From assembly GCA_964187785.1 (NCBI GenBank), contig OZ076414.1, positions 46,686,001 through 46,750,000 of the forward strand: 64,000 nt of DNA, in the 5' to 3' direction. The position numbers and the translations under genes were made by a program. Positions 49,801-61,872 of the stretch are shown here, one piece after another (position 1 is the stretch's first letter; the number at the start of each line of letters is the position of its first letter). Source of the stretch: Amphiscolops sp. MND2022 (lineage: Eukaryota). The notes beneath the pieces were generated by a model. The model was not told where the DNA came from. It made no database searches and was given only the letters and a program-made list of their open reading frames with translations.

Positions 49801-50011
49801 ATCAGTCCATTTTTGGAGCTTGTACAGGTTGTCAAAAACCAACGTTTCACCGTTATTCATGAATAAAATGATTTTTTCGTTAACTGTAAGCACAAATCAT
49901 CCCTTCTCCTCAAATCACGTGTTAATGTAACTCGAAGGGCGGTGAGATCATCATTGACAAAGATGTTGGTGTTTTTTATGTTCCTTTTGTTCTTCATAAG
50001 TTGGTGTTTAC
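46880..50011 (-). mobile_element. CR1/L2-type LINE (ORF1 C-terminus + ORF2), interrupted at its 5' side by E2
   Basis: KNTNIFVNDDLT ORF1 end; HIDYIL, TDHF APE; QGVPQG, CADD, LNASKTE, SNLDYC RT motifs. Confidence 0.85.
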
Positions 50012-51150
50012 TGTGATGTCCCTCACTCTGGATTAAGCTTTCAGCTTCACAATTCCTGGAAGTCGAGGCTGTGTTCTCGAATAAGATTTCGCTTGCTCCG
50101 GTATCCAGGTTATCTGGATTTTCATCAGATAAGGAATCTATCTTGAAAGAAAGATTTTCTACCATCTTCAATTTTCTCTCTGTTTGGTCTCAGTTTCCGT
50201 AAGCCTTCTACAAACGGACTTTTCAACTCTTTTAGAAACTTCAGAGAAATCCCTATCAGGTATACTGGGCGCGTTTTCCGTCCTCAGACGTGCAGCTTCT
50301 GGCTCTTCGAACGAGCTTGCAGGGGAATCTCTCCTTGCTTTCCTTTTCAAAACCTTTTCTGGCAATTTGAGTGAATTAGAAAAGAAACAACAATTGTTTT
50401 GCAACGTTACTATTATTTCAACTGAACAAACTTAGCTCCTTCATCGTATTTATATTTATCACCAGCAAAATTGAGGGAACCAGGCAAACAATGTGTTTAG
50501 CAAGGAATCAGAGTAAAGAAACTTTCTGAGCTGAGGCTGCGCGTCAGGCCGGCGTCCCGCTTCATTCATTCGAGGCCGGCCTCCAGGCCGCGGTACTGTA
50601 ATTCTTTTCCTGGGGCTGTTCGCCAGGCCGTTTGTTACTGTTTATATATTACCGGATTAAATACTATCAAAGGCGCGGTGGTTTCACGTTGGTTACTGTA
50701 CAGTACATATGTACTTTTATTGGTATACACATATTATTATGAATGTCTATTTACTTTGTATTCTAGCGGCAAAATTTAGGTTGTTATTGAGATTGTATGT
50801 CAGTTGTGTTTGGCGTTGTTCTTCTGATTGTTCTTTCTTTCTATTTCCCGCTTTCTTCTAAGTAGACTGGGTACTTATTGCTGCCGAACTCAGAGCTCAT
50901 CTGGGGCTGTGACAGTCCCTGGCTTCTTCGCCAAGTTCCTTCGGGGAGAACAAATTGGGAAATTGATCGGATAGGTGTTTCGAAAAGAGTCGGGAGATCG
51001 TCACGCATCGAATAGTAGGTGCGCCATGTACAGTCGCTTTGCCAGCTACTGCCTGGCCTGTACCCTTCTGAACTGCTACTTGCGCTAATTGTGCTCACAA
51101 AGACGTCATCTGGAAAAACAGGATCGTCTGTAGTAAACAATTTTATCACA
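50012..51150 (-). repeat. E2 3' LTR (~1.14 kb)
   Basis: Termini TGTGAT...ATCACA form a perfect 6-bp inverted repeat. A purine-rich tract GAAAAAAAAACGAACAAGG precedes it on the - strand (51151-51170). Its outer boundary cannot be confirmed from the second copy. Confidence 0.7.
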
Positions 51151-51587
51151 CCTTGTTCGTTTTTTTTTCGTAGATAGTGTTGATTCGCGTTCGTTCGTGG
51201 ACCAGTACCACGTGTTGATCTTCCGTCATGACAATCTTGTAAGTAATTCTGTTGCACGTTCGGTTAATTGGGTGACAATTGGGTGGCGATGTAATGGGTT
51301 TTTGATTAGGTTGATGTCCGTCAAGAATAAATATATCTTCTTGATTGCTTTAGTTGTTAGTAATGTGATTCATTTTTCTGTAAGCAGAGTGTATTTCGAT
51401 CGTTTTGTAGTGCAACTGATTCATTCCGCTTTGAAAAATCTGTTTACACGGTTCGTGCTAATCCTATGAAATGTTCAGTTCTTATACAGAACAAATTTCC
51501 TTATATAGTAAATAACTTGTTGATATTAAAATCCATGATTTTACGCCACGTCTTTTTTTTTAATCTCATGTCGTTTGTTACTTTCAG

Positions 51588-54500
51588 ATATTTTTGCAAG
51601 AAAAATGTGCTCCACTGAGGAACATAGTGCTCTGTTGCACCGTAGTCGAGAAGCGGGATTGGTGGAGAGTGGAGCAGATATTGAGTCTGTCGTTGTGTCA
51701 GTAGTTCGGGAAGAAGGAAGAGAGAGAATGTGGATGACGAACAGGATGTGTGTGTAGAGGCTAGTTTTGCTGAGACTGGGACTGCTGCAGGTCATGGTTT
51801 CGGCGAGAAGGACAGCTCCAGTGATAGTGGTAGTGGTGAGAAGGATTTTAACGATGACGTGGATAGTGAGGATGTGGAGTGTCAGGCTGAGACTGGATCA
51901 TTACATTCCGTAACTAGCGATGACCGACATGATCTTGCTTTCATTGCCAACAAGAAATGTAAGTTTTGCTAGAAGTTGATAAGTGGCCAGCCTTTTCTAG
52001 ATGGTTCGAACGCGTTCTTCTACCTCTACTTTTAATTAGTGACTGATGATGAGCTTGATGCCGACTATTGTCCTTCCTCCACTACCCGGTGACAGGGTAG
52101 GAAAGGGCTTCGCGCAAGTCGCGTGCTTTCTGTTGGGAGCGTTGGACCTTCCCGACGAGTGATGTTGGCTGATATCGTGTCTGGTGCTATCCCTGGGTCC
52201 CCAACACTGTGTGATAGTTCTGAGGACGAGTATGAGCCTCAACCATTTGTGCATCCAGAACATTTAAAAGTAGGTAATACATCGTCTTTCTTGTTATGTG
52301 GGAAAAACGTTTATGGATATATATTTTGGTTAGGCCATATCCCCTTTTCACATCTTTAATACTTGTTGTGTTATAGTCGCTGATCCCGACTCCCGGCCTG
52401 GGTTGCCTTCATCAGGTGAAAGTGATGTTTTCATCTGTGAGCAATCTCTGGATACACCAGCTCTTGAGAGTGACACTGCTTCAGTGTTACCAGACAATCA
52501 GATGCGATTTTCGCGGACTCCGCATGGTCGTTCGACACTCGGTTGTGAGCCATCCGTCATCCATAATGAGTGGGAAAACGGTACAGATGCATGTTTCCAC
52601 AAGATATTTCACTTAACGTTGTTGTTATTGGTGTTAGGTTTTTCAAAACCTGTTCTAGTGTTTTCTGTTGTTGATTGTTTGACCTTTCCCGTTCGTCATT
52701 GGCTGAATAATTACGGTTTTATCTTTCCTGTTTAGCTGGGTTGGAGTGTGTCCCTCCTGGTTTTCCCATGATGATATCCGCCCCTCAATGTGTGATGCTC
52801 GCTCGATGTGCCGCACGGACTGAACGGACTGAGTCAAAGAAAGAGACAAAGACTTCGGTTAAGCGTATGTTTTCCTTCTGTATTTCTATTCTATCAACTG
52901 GTTATTGGAATGTTTTGGGTTCCTTTTGTCATTGTTGTTTCGTCTTTCCTTGTGTTCTTGGTATGTAGCTTTGTGTGTCGGGTATAGTTTGCTTGTTCTT
53001 TGAAAATTGTCTTGTTTAGAATTCGAGAAGCTGTCTCGGTTACTCAAAGTGAAAGGGATTGGTGCCAGTGATCTCGGCCGCATCCTTGACCCTGTTGATG
53101 TCAGCAAAGAGAAGTTGTTGGCTCGTGACGAGCAGAGGGCAAAGCGGCAGTCTGAGCGTCAAGTCTTGACCAAGGCGATGAGTAGCCATCCCATCCCGCG
53201 CTTACTCGTCAGCCGACGCAACGACAAGATTCCGAAAGGGGTTAAATGGGGCCGTTTGTCAGAAGGATGTCTCGTTCCTGTCCCGTGGTCCCCAAGGCAT
53301 TTGGAAATATTTAAATGCAAATGGCACTATTTGAAAGATCGGAGATATCGGTTCGACCATGGGGATGTTATATACACAGAAAATTTTGGTGCCATTCCCG
53401 TTAGCGAAGTATCAGCAGAGTTGCGGGTAGATATTGAGAAGACGCCTCCGATCATTCTAGGCTAAGTGAACAAATTTCTCGAGAGGGAGATGGTTGCATT
53501 GGTTGGTGTCCCGTCCAATGTGCCACCCGCGCCACTCGTGGGTGGTTCGCTCGAGCTGTTGAGGAGTGGCGGCTCCCAGGTTTTCTTGCACCGACAATGG
53601 AACCAAATCAGGACCACAATGCCGGTAGAGATCCCTTATGTGTCGGTGACTTGGAGCAAGACTGAGACTTTAGTTGTGCTAGTGCAGACTCTGTATCCTC
53701 CTGTGCTGCGATGGGTAAAATCATGGCTATTCGTGTGTTGGGTCAGTGGATCCATTCCCTGTTGTGGAGTATCTGGCGCAGCGCGTGAGAATCTGGCACG
53801 ATTCGCCTCTGTCTTGAGGATGGCAGAGTCCCGTTTGAGGTATTATGTGATGTTCTGCAAGAGTTGTTAGAGAACTGGTCGGACGTGAAGATTTGTCTTG
53901 CGAATGATGTGTTGTTGATGTAGAGGTCTAACAACGTATTCGATCTCGATTATTCGCTTTGTTCCGATTGTCTGGGGCTGCCTCGTCTCGCGTTGCTGCA
54001 TATCGTGTTGTTTCCGGACCAATTGTGAAAAACTGTTTGAGCCCTCTGTTGAACATTACGCCTGCAGGAACTTTGTTGATTTTTGTTTTTTCTACTGTAG
54101 TCTTCTGAGTAAGGTTAAAAGAGTGAGCCGGCTGCCCTCCATCGACCATTGGTTCGATTATATCGACAAGCCTCTAACTAATTGGGCTAACGTTACTGCC
54201 GCTGAGTGTCTCCAGAGTGAACCTAGCATCCAGAGGGCTTTGCGTGGTTTCGACGACGCGCCTCGACGGTCCTTCTTGCGGAAGTGTCAGAGTTTCTGGG
54301 GTCGCCCGTTGGGTCAGTTGTCTGAGTGCGGACATGCTGACGAAAGGAAATGCCAATTACGTCGTGGAGCTGTTTCAGGACTTGGTCGCATGTTTCCAGG
54401 AGGCTGGCTATTTGGATAGTTTGGATTGGGAGGCAGCTATAAACCTACGTCAACAGTCAGCTGTTGGAGATGTGTTTGGGTATCTGGAAAGCAATGCAAG

Positions 54501-55021
54501 CTATCAATGTCAGACCCATGTAAAGCAGGTAATTCGTCTTGTGCGAGTCATTGTAAGCCCTGCTCCCGTTGCTAAGCCCGCCGCCGATATTTCGATTAGT
54601 GGGACAAATCTGCCGACAAGTGTTATCCGTTCCGGTCTGGGTGCAATACAGTCGTTTGTGCTCCATCCTAAGTTTATGGCAAGTGATTTGTTAACAGTGG
54701 GACATTTGCAATAGCTGAAAGTCAACCTGCCTGTTGGGCATCAGTTTCTAGACCGTAGGGTGTTTGATCCCTGTTGTGATGTAAGTCATCATCCTTGTGC
54801 AAGTATCTATGGTAGCTTGTTCCAGTGTTACACGGCGTTTTAGTCGAGTCAAGTTAAAGATTGCAGGGCCCGAATGTCGACTGCTGGTGTCTGTTCTAAG
54901 GGAATTTCAGATGTCGGTAAGAGTACAGCAGGATCTTCTTCCAAAGCAAGGAAGGGTAGTACCAGAGCTCAGCGGCATGGTAAAACAAATTGAAACTTGC
55001 TGGCATTTTGAATTTTATTGA
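51588..55021 (+). pseudogene. Spliced antisense accessory gene of E2, homologue of 8236-12043
   Basis: Phase-1 GT-AG introns 51959-52039, 52274-52376, 52581-52735 and 52865-53019; internal exons of 234, 204 and 129 nt. Shared blocks LKVK, ELLRSG, WS..ET and QS.VL.P. Confidence 0.8.
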
Positions 55022-55269
55022 TGGACTTTGTTGAATTTTTAGTGTATATATTCTTCATCTGTGTGTTGTTATATTTGATTTCATTCGATTTAGTATTTTG
55101 GGGTTGAGCACTTCGATTCCATCAAAAAAAAGAAAAAGAAACGGAATTTGCGTGTTCTGGTAGTATGGAGCGGCGAGATAAAACAGTAAAAATTGGGGGC
55201 GGCTCATTGATATATTGGATCTGTCAATTTAGTATTTAGCTTCTCGTTTGTTTTCATCCAAGTCGTAGA

Positions 55270-58200
55270 GTCAGTGAGTGAGAGATATTCATTGTAGGTT
55301 GAGAAGATTTTGAGTGAGATGTAGGATAGCCGTCCAGGTCAGTGCCTGGGGTTTTTTCAATTTTCTGATTTCGGGCCACCGTCCGTGCTGAGGTCCTCCA
55401 GGATTTGTATATTCGGGCAGGCGACTAGCCCACTGCTCGTATTTGGCATAGTTCTTGTATTGATCTCTAAGGCGTTATAAAAGGCGAAGTCTGATTTCCA
55501 GTTTGAGTCTGGGTTTGGTCGAAAGTTGTACTTTGATTGTCGGGGGATTGGGTGGTTGACCAATAACAGGTTCCGTGTTGGCACGTTCCGCTGTATCGTT
55601 GTATTCCGTCGGGATATCTGGGGCAATGTCCTCAGTGTTGCGTCTTGAATCTTCAGGGTTGTCGTGATGGGTAATTGTAGGTTCATCAGTGGTGGGCATT
55701 TTTGGGCGTGATGAAGTGTTCGAATCCTGATTGCCATGCTAAGGCGTATAGGTCATCGTGTAAAATTTCGACCTTGTTGTTAGGTTGGAAATCTTTTGAT
55801 TGGACTTGAGTATCAGGTAGGCGATTCTTGGTTGGGCATGGTTTCATCGTATTCTGTGAAGAGCTTGTGTCTTGTTGGTTTGTAATCGCCGTATTAGATA
55901 ATTTTTATTTGGGAGGGTCTTCACTACTATGTATGGTCCCGTCAACAAATACTCTCGGATTGGTATCTTGGACCCTTGGTCATTTGCTTGGGGGTGTAGG
56001 GCGTAGCAGTAATCATTTGTTCCACAGGATGAGCAGAAGCTTTCCTGCCATAGTTTTGCTTGTACCGTATGTACGAGTGTAGGAGGTGCTTGCTCACTGC
56101 TTCATGGATCATGCGAGTTTTCTGGAGAACTTGTTCCCCTTCGTCAGTTGTCGAAGTCTTGCTTTGTGCCTGTTTGAGCCCAAATTTCAGGTCGAGCACG
56201 TTGTAGGGTATTCTGTTGTGTAGCACTCGGCTGGGTTCGCACCCTAATGCTGAATGGTAGGTCGTATTGTAGTTGAGTGTGGCGGTGGGTACAAACTGGT
56301 GCCTTATCGTTCGGCGCGCTTCTGTGGATGTTTTAAAAGCTTCCTTGAATGAAGCATGGCAACGTTCTAAGATGCCGTTCGTTTGCGCGTGTTTCGTTGC
56401 AGCATGGCGCATCTGGATGCTTAGGACACGGGTTGTGTCGGTCATTACTTCAGACATGAACTGGGCCCCTTTGTCTGTGGCTGTGGGGAGGTACGCGTGG
56501 CGCGTCATGATGACGACTAGTTCTCGGGCGATGGTTTTTTCGTCGATCCTGGTAACGCAGTATGTGAATAAGTATCGTGAGAATACATCCATGGCTGTGT
56601 CTATAGCCGTATATCCGTTTGACGGTTCGTCAAACATGACGATATCCATTTGTAAGGCATCTTCTGGTCCCATTGCGAGTTGAGAAGTCTTATTTATTGG
56701 CAGGTTGAGTAATCTGTCGTCTGTTCGTTTAGTTTGCAAGCATTTCATGCATTGGTTGATGTATTTGGCCATTCTGGGTGCTAGGCCTGGGAAGTAATAC
56801 TTTTCTCGGCATTGTTGTTTTACTTTGGTGATCCCAGGGTTCTTGTTGTTCTTTCCGTGGTGGGCCTCAATAAAAGCATTGACTAAAAGTGCCGGGAGAA
56901 ACACTTGTAAATGTTTAATTTTTCCAGACTCGCCAAAGTACTGCCGGAATCGCAGGCCGTCCTCGAGGATGATGCGGGATTCTTGGGCGATGTACTCGAG
57001 TGCTTTTCGCTTTGCGGCCATCAGGTGTTTGTAATAGGGTTCTTTTAGGAGGCGTAGGTTGTAGTTTCATAGAACATGGTCTTGGTCTTTTTGTTGTCTC
57101 ATGTCACCAGGTAACGTTTTGATATGTTGTTCTTCGTCGTCACAGGTTCTCCTAATTACTTCCGTTTAAAACATGATTGTATCATCTCTGTATTGGGTTC
57201 GTTGATTTTTGGGTCTTTCCCTGGCGTTGGAGTGGTGTCGTTTCTGAGGATTTTTTTCTTGCTCTCTGTTTTCTTTCCCAAATTTGTTTTTTTTTGTCTC
57301 TGTTTCGTCGTCGGGGAGGAAATAGAATTGTTCCTCTTCAGCGACGTTGGATGACTGAATATGTACCTCTATGGGTGAAGTCTGGATGTCAACTCGCATT
57401 AGCAGTTGGACTTTCTCGTTTGGAACAAGGTCGAGTCTAGATAGAAAATCCGCTGGGGTATTCAGGCGACCTGGGACGTTTGCAATTGTGAGGTTGAACT
57501 GCAGAACAAAGTCGCATGCATTTCACAGGGCTGGGGGAATGATCTTGGTCTAGAAGAAGCGGGTCGATGACTTGTTGTCTGTCAGGACGGTGACCGGTTT
57601 GGTCGATCCCCAGAGGATGTGGCTCTAGTCCATAAATGCGAAGTAATTGGCCAGGATCTCTTTGGGATATACGGACATTTTGATCTGTGACGGTGAAGAG
57701 ATTTTAGAACCGAAGGCTACCGGGTTTTTGTCTTTTTTTACTGACGTTAGTTTCTTTTCGCCGTTTTCCTCAATTATGAGTGCGTAGCCGGAATCTTTGA
57801 AATTGGCGTCGGTCATAAGCACGTAATTCGTTTTGGGTAGGGGTTGTTTCAGCCATAGGCCATAAGCGTTGTCTAGAGCCTTGTTGATGCCCTCGAACGT
57901 TGCGATGGCCTCGTTAGTGATTTTAATTAGTTCGTCAGTCGTGGTAAGGTGCAATTTTCTCAGAGAATCTGGGTATGTAATTGCGATAGTAATTGGCAAA
58001 TCCAATGTACCTCTGGAGACCCTTCTTTGTTTTTGGAAAAGACAGTTTCTAGAGGAAGTTTGTGATTTTGTCTGCTTGGAGGGCAATGCCTTCTGGTGAG
58101 ACGGTTCGTCCAAGAAATTCGACTTTCTTGGCACCGAACTGACACTTGGCCATCGTTAGACGCAGGCCTGCTTCTCTGACGCACTGAAAGACGTCGCGCA

Positions 58201-60484
58201 GGTTGGTCTTCAACTCCTTGGCGTAGTGGGTGGCTATCCCGATGTCGTCGACATACTGAGCGCATTTGTCAGCTTTGACGATTCGGTCGAGATATTCCCT
58301 CATGGAACTCGAGAAGGAGGAGAGAGATCTGCTGAGCACTTGTGCGAGTCGCAGGTATGTGAATGCCCGACTGGCAAAATTGAACTCCAGGAGTTCCACT
58401 GATTTTGGTTTGCCACTTGCAGCACGTGGTGTGGTAAGCTTGGGAGCAATAAAGCTTGCAAAACAATTTTTTCCCGGCCAGGTGTTGGGCGGCATCTGAG
58501 AGGGTGCTCCCTGGGTGGTTGTTAAATACGTAGTCGTCGGAGATAAGACTAGATAAGACTGTTTATCTTTCCCAAGTCGACGATCAAGCGGAGACGTCCA
58601 TTGGGTTTGCATTGGACAAATATCAACTGGCGTATTTGCTGAAGTGGAGTGTTGTAATGATGCCATGGTAGTGCATCAGTGTCAGTTCCACGGTCAGGCC
58701 ATACTTCAGGTTGACAGTTCTTGACAAACTCTGTGCATGCGGTGGTTGTTTCGATTTGGTGGTGAGATTTGTCTTAAACTCGTTATTGATACCGATGTCA
58801 AGGCGGTGGTTTGCGAAGATATCATTGAATTCGACGAGAATTTCTTCGATGTGGGCACTGTCTTCATCGGTCAATTGCAAATTTGTACATTTAAAAATAG
58901 CTAGGAATGTTGTTCGTCTTCGGGGATATTGTATGAGTTCAGTTTTCGGATGACTTCTAATTCTTCAATTTCTCGCTTTGGATGGGGGTGTGGGTTGATG
59001 GGTTCCCCAGGTTATCTGGCGTAGGGAACCATGAGTTTTGGATCGTTTGTGGTTTCTCAGCTGATTTGAGAAACTCATTGACCTATTCCAGGGCCTGGTC
59101 AGAGTTGTCGTCTGTCAACACTTTGAGCGCTGCTGAGTTCAGTGGTTGTAGTTGTTTTGCCTCTTGCGGCGATAGGATAGTGAATTTTGCTGAGGTTGGA
59201 TTCTTTTTGAGCGTAAATGGTGCCGGTGAGGTATTAGTGACTCGGACTTCTATCTTGGAATTCAGAACTGTTGAGATAGAGCTGGCTCTGGCAATTTGGT
59301 TGTCTCCTGAGTACTGTTCTGTCGGGTGGATTATGCCGGTTGTATTGGTCAGAGTACGTAGATTGATTCCTGCTTCGATAGTAACGCATGGTTCCGGCAT
59401 GATGGTTAGTTGATTTCGGATGGTTACTTTGTGGTTCCTGGAGACTGTTTCGTTATCGTCTGCTGAGGTGGCGTATGTCAGGTGCGGGAAATTAGAAGGG
59501 CCTGACTAACGTCTAGGATGGCGCTAATAATTTTGAGAAACGTTAGCCCGAGGATGGGGCCTGTTTCTTTTGTGGCTACAATGAAGGTTTCTTTCAATGT
59601 CAAGTCGCCTAGCTCAAACTGGAGTTGGACAGCCTTGGTGTGTGCTTCGATGTCGCCATTTGCGACTTGTAGTTTGAAGGTTGGTGGGTCCATCTCTTTA
59701 ACTATATTATCTGGGCTGACTGATTTCATTATTTTCATTTCATTCTCTGGAAGGCAATTAGCGAGTGCTCTCGAATCTATGAGTGCATCCATAGATAGGC
59801 TCTTCAAGTCCATTAGGGCAAACAGTTTTTTTCTTCTTCTTCTTCTTCTTCTTCAGGTTAATGGCTGAGAATATCGGTATGCATAGTTCGCTTGTGGTTG
59901 GGTTTGTAATGGCAATTTCATTTAGTTGTTGATTGGTGTGGAGCCAATCGGCATCTTTTTCATCGTCTGGTAGTTTCAGAGGTTGGATTGTTTGGTTGGA
60001 ACCTATATTATTTTGATGGGTATTAGATTGGGTCTTATGTTCCAGTTCACACGTGAGGGCTCGTTTGATTCGACGGGTGTGTGGCATGGTTAGTAATGGG
60101 GCGATTCAGGTTGGTCCCCGGCTTCATTGCTGTTGGTTAGGGTTGTTATTTGAGAGTATTTGTGTTCGGAACTCTCTGGGCTGGATGGGGACGACGTCAT
60201 GGCTGCCAGAATCTCATTCGTTGTGGCTGGGACTTTCGAGAGTGACTGGAAACCAGTCATTGGTGACTTGTGGTTGGTTTTGAGAATTGATCTGATATTC
60301 TCTTCTCTGGTGGCGGGGTCACAAGTATTGTTATTTCGGTGTCAAGTTCTTCATCAGTCGGTCGATGGTTCCCCTGAACATTCCATGAACTTTTTTTATC
60401 GAAGTCCTTCGAGGGTTCAGACGTGGTGTAATATCTGAAGTAGGTATAATCCCCAAAACGAAGACGTGGCTTTGGAAGTTTTTT
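55270..60484 (-). pseudogene. pol: E2 pol (protease, RT, RNase H, integrase), fragmented
   Basis: ALIDSRA; KLYCSQAY; QYVDDIG; VLMTDANF; HHGK...CMKC; AMDVFSRYLF, TDKGAQF, GILERCH. Confidence 0.92.
60478..60484 (-). promoter_or_regulatory. -1 frameshift slippery site AAAAAAC, E2
   Basis: GCCAAAAAACT context identical to E1; -1 frame reads RAKKLPKPRLRFG. Confidence 0.7.
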
Positions 60485-61872
60485 GGCTCGGTAGCTTGTT
60501 GTGCCATGGTTTGTGGCTGCTGAGTGATTTGCGGACGTTGAAGAGTTTCTTTTGCGATTTGGTGAGGGATGTTGTTGGATCCTGTTGATTTTGGTATTTT
60601 CTACCACCTAGGGCGAGTTGCTTTAATTGCTCCAGAGTAGCAGTCTTTGGTTTCGTGGCTCATTTTGCCACATGTTTCCACAGGGTTTGTTTGTGTTGGG
60701 GATTTTTTGGGTTTTTTTGTCTCTATTCGTTTTCCCATCGTTACGGAGGAGATGGCCTGGGTGGCCGCAGCCAAAACATTTTTGGGTGGCCTGTGATTTT
60801 TGGTATTCATTCCTGGTCTGTGTTAGTTGTGGGTTCCCCATTATGGATGCCTGTGAATGGTGTGGACTCCGGGTTGGCTAATCCGTTGAGCTCCATTTTT
60901 TTCTAGGTGCTGCACCATCGTTTCGTATGATGCCGTTGCGAGGCGGGCTTTGTTCAGTACTCGTTTTAGGTGGACAAGCCTTTTTGCATAGAAGGATGTC
61001 TCGATGAATTTAAATGCATCGTCCGCATATGCTTGCGCTATTTTCTGGTAGAGCTCCAGAAAATCTTGGAAAGTTTGGCTTGTTGGGTCAAAGGTAAGGT
61101 TCTCCCACTTGCATTTGGCGGTGGCTACTCATTGTGTATTGACGTCTCTCCTGCGAAACCCTGCGATAAAATCAATAAGTTTAGATTTGGTGGCTTCATC
61201 ATATTACGGAATGTCTGTAAGGCGTCTCCTCGCAATAGAGAATGGAAATAGTGGATTTTTTCCTGCTCTGTTATGTGAGGATGGACGTTTAGGCTCGTTT
61301 GGAAAAGATCTTTAAAGAGTTTAAACTTTTCAGTTTTCACATCGAAATTTGGCATCGTTGTTGCTAGGGCTTTCGGTAGTCGAGGCAGGCTTGTGTTTTG
61401 CTTGTTTGCAGCATATAGAAATTCCAATAATTTGTCAATTATCTCATCAGAGTCCTTGAAGATCGGGGATGGGAATTATTATTGGAAGTCGGTTCACTGA
61501 TGACTTCTGTCTTCACGTGAAGTCCCTCACTCTGGGTTAAGCTTTCAGCATCACAATTTCTGGAAGTCGAGGCTGTGTTCTCGAATTGGAATTAGCTTGC
61601 TCCGGTATCCAGGTTATATCGATTTTTATCAGATAAGGAATCTATCTTGGAAGAAAGATTTTCTATCATCTTCAATATTTCTCTTTGATTGGGTCTCAGT
61701 TTCCCTAGGCCTTCTACAAACGGACTTGTCAACTTTTTTCAGAAATTTCAGAGAAATTCCTATGAGATATACTGGGCGCGTTTTCTGTCCTTAGACGTGC
61801 AGCTTCTGGCTCTTCCACTGAGCTTACAGGCGAATCTCTCCTTGCTTTCCTTTTCGAAGCCTTCACTGGCAT
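60485..61872 (-). pseudogene. gag: E2 gag, starting inside the 5' LTR
   Basis: MPVKASKRKARR start at 61872; FDVKTEKFKLFKDLF...IHYFHSLLRGDALQ; CFGCGHPGHLLRN and ETCGKMSHETKDC knuckles. Confidence 0.88.

Noticed and set aside
59758-60087. Poly-Lys NLS (NLKKKKKKKKKT) as a novel protein feature
   Set aside because: Explained by a (TTC)n microsatellite expansion in decayed pol just before the protease.
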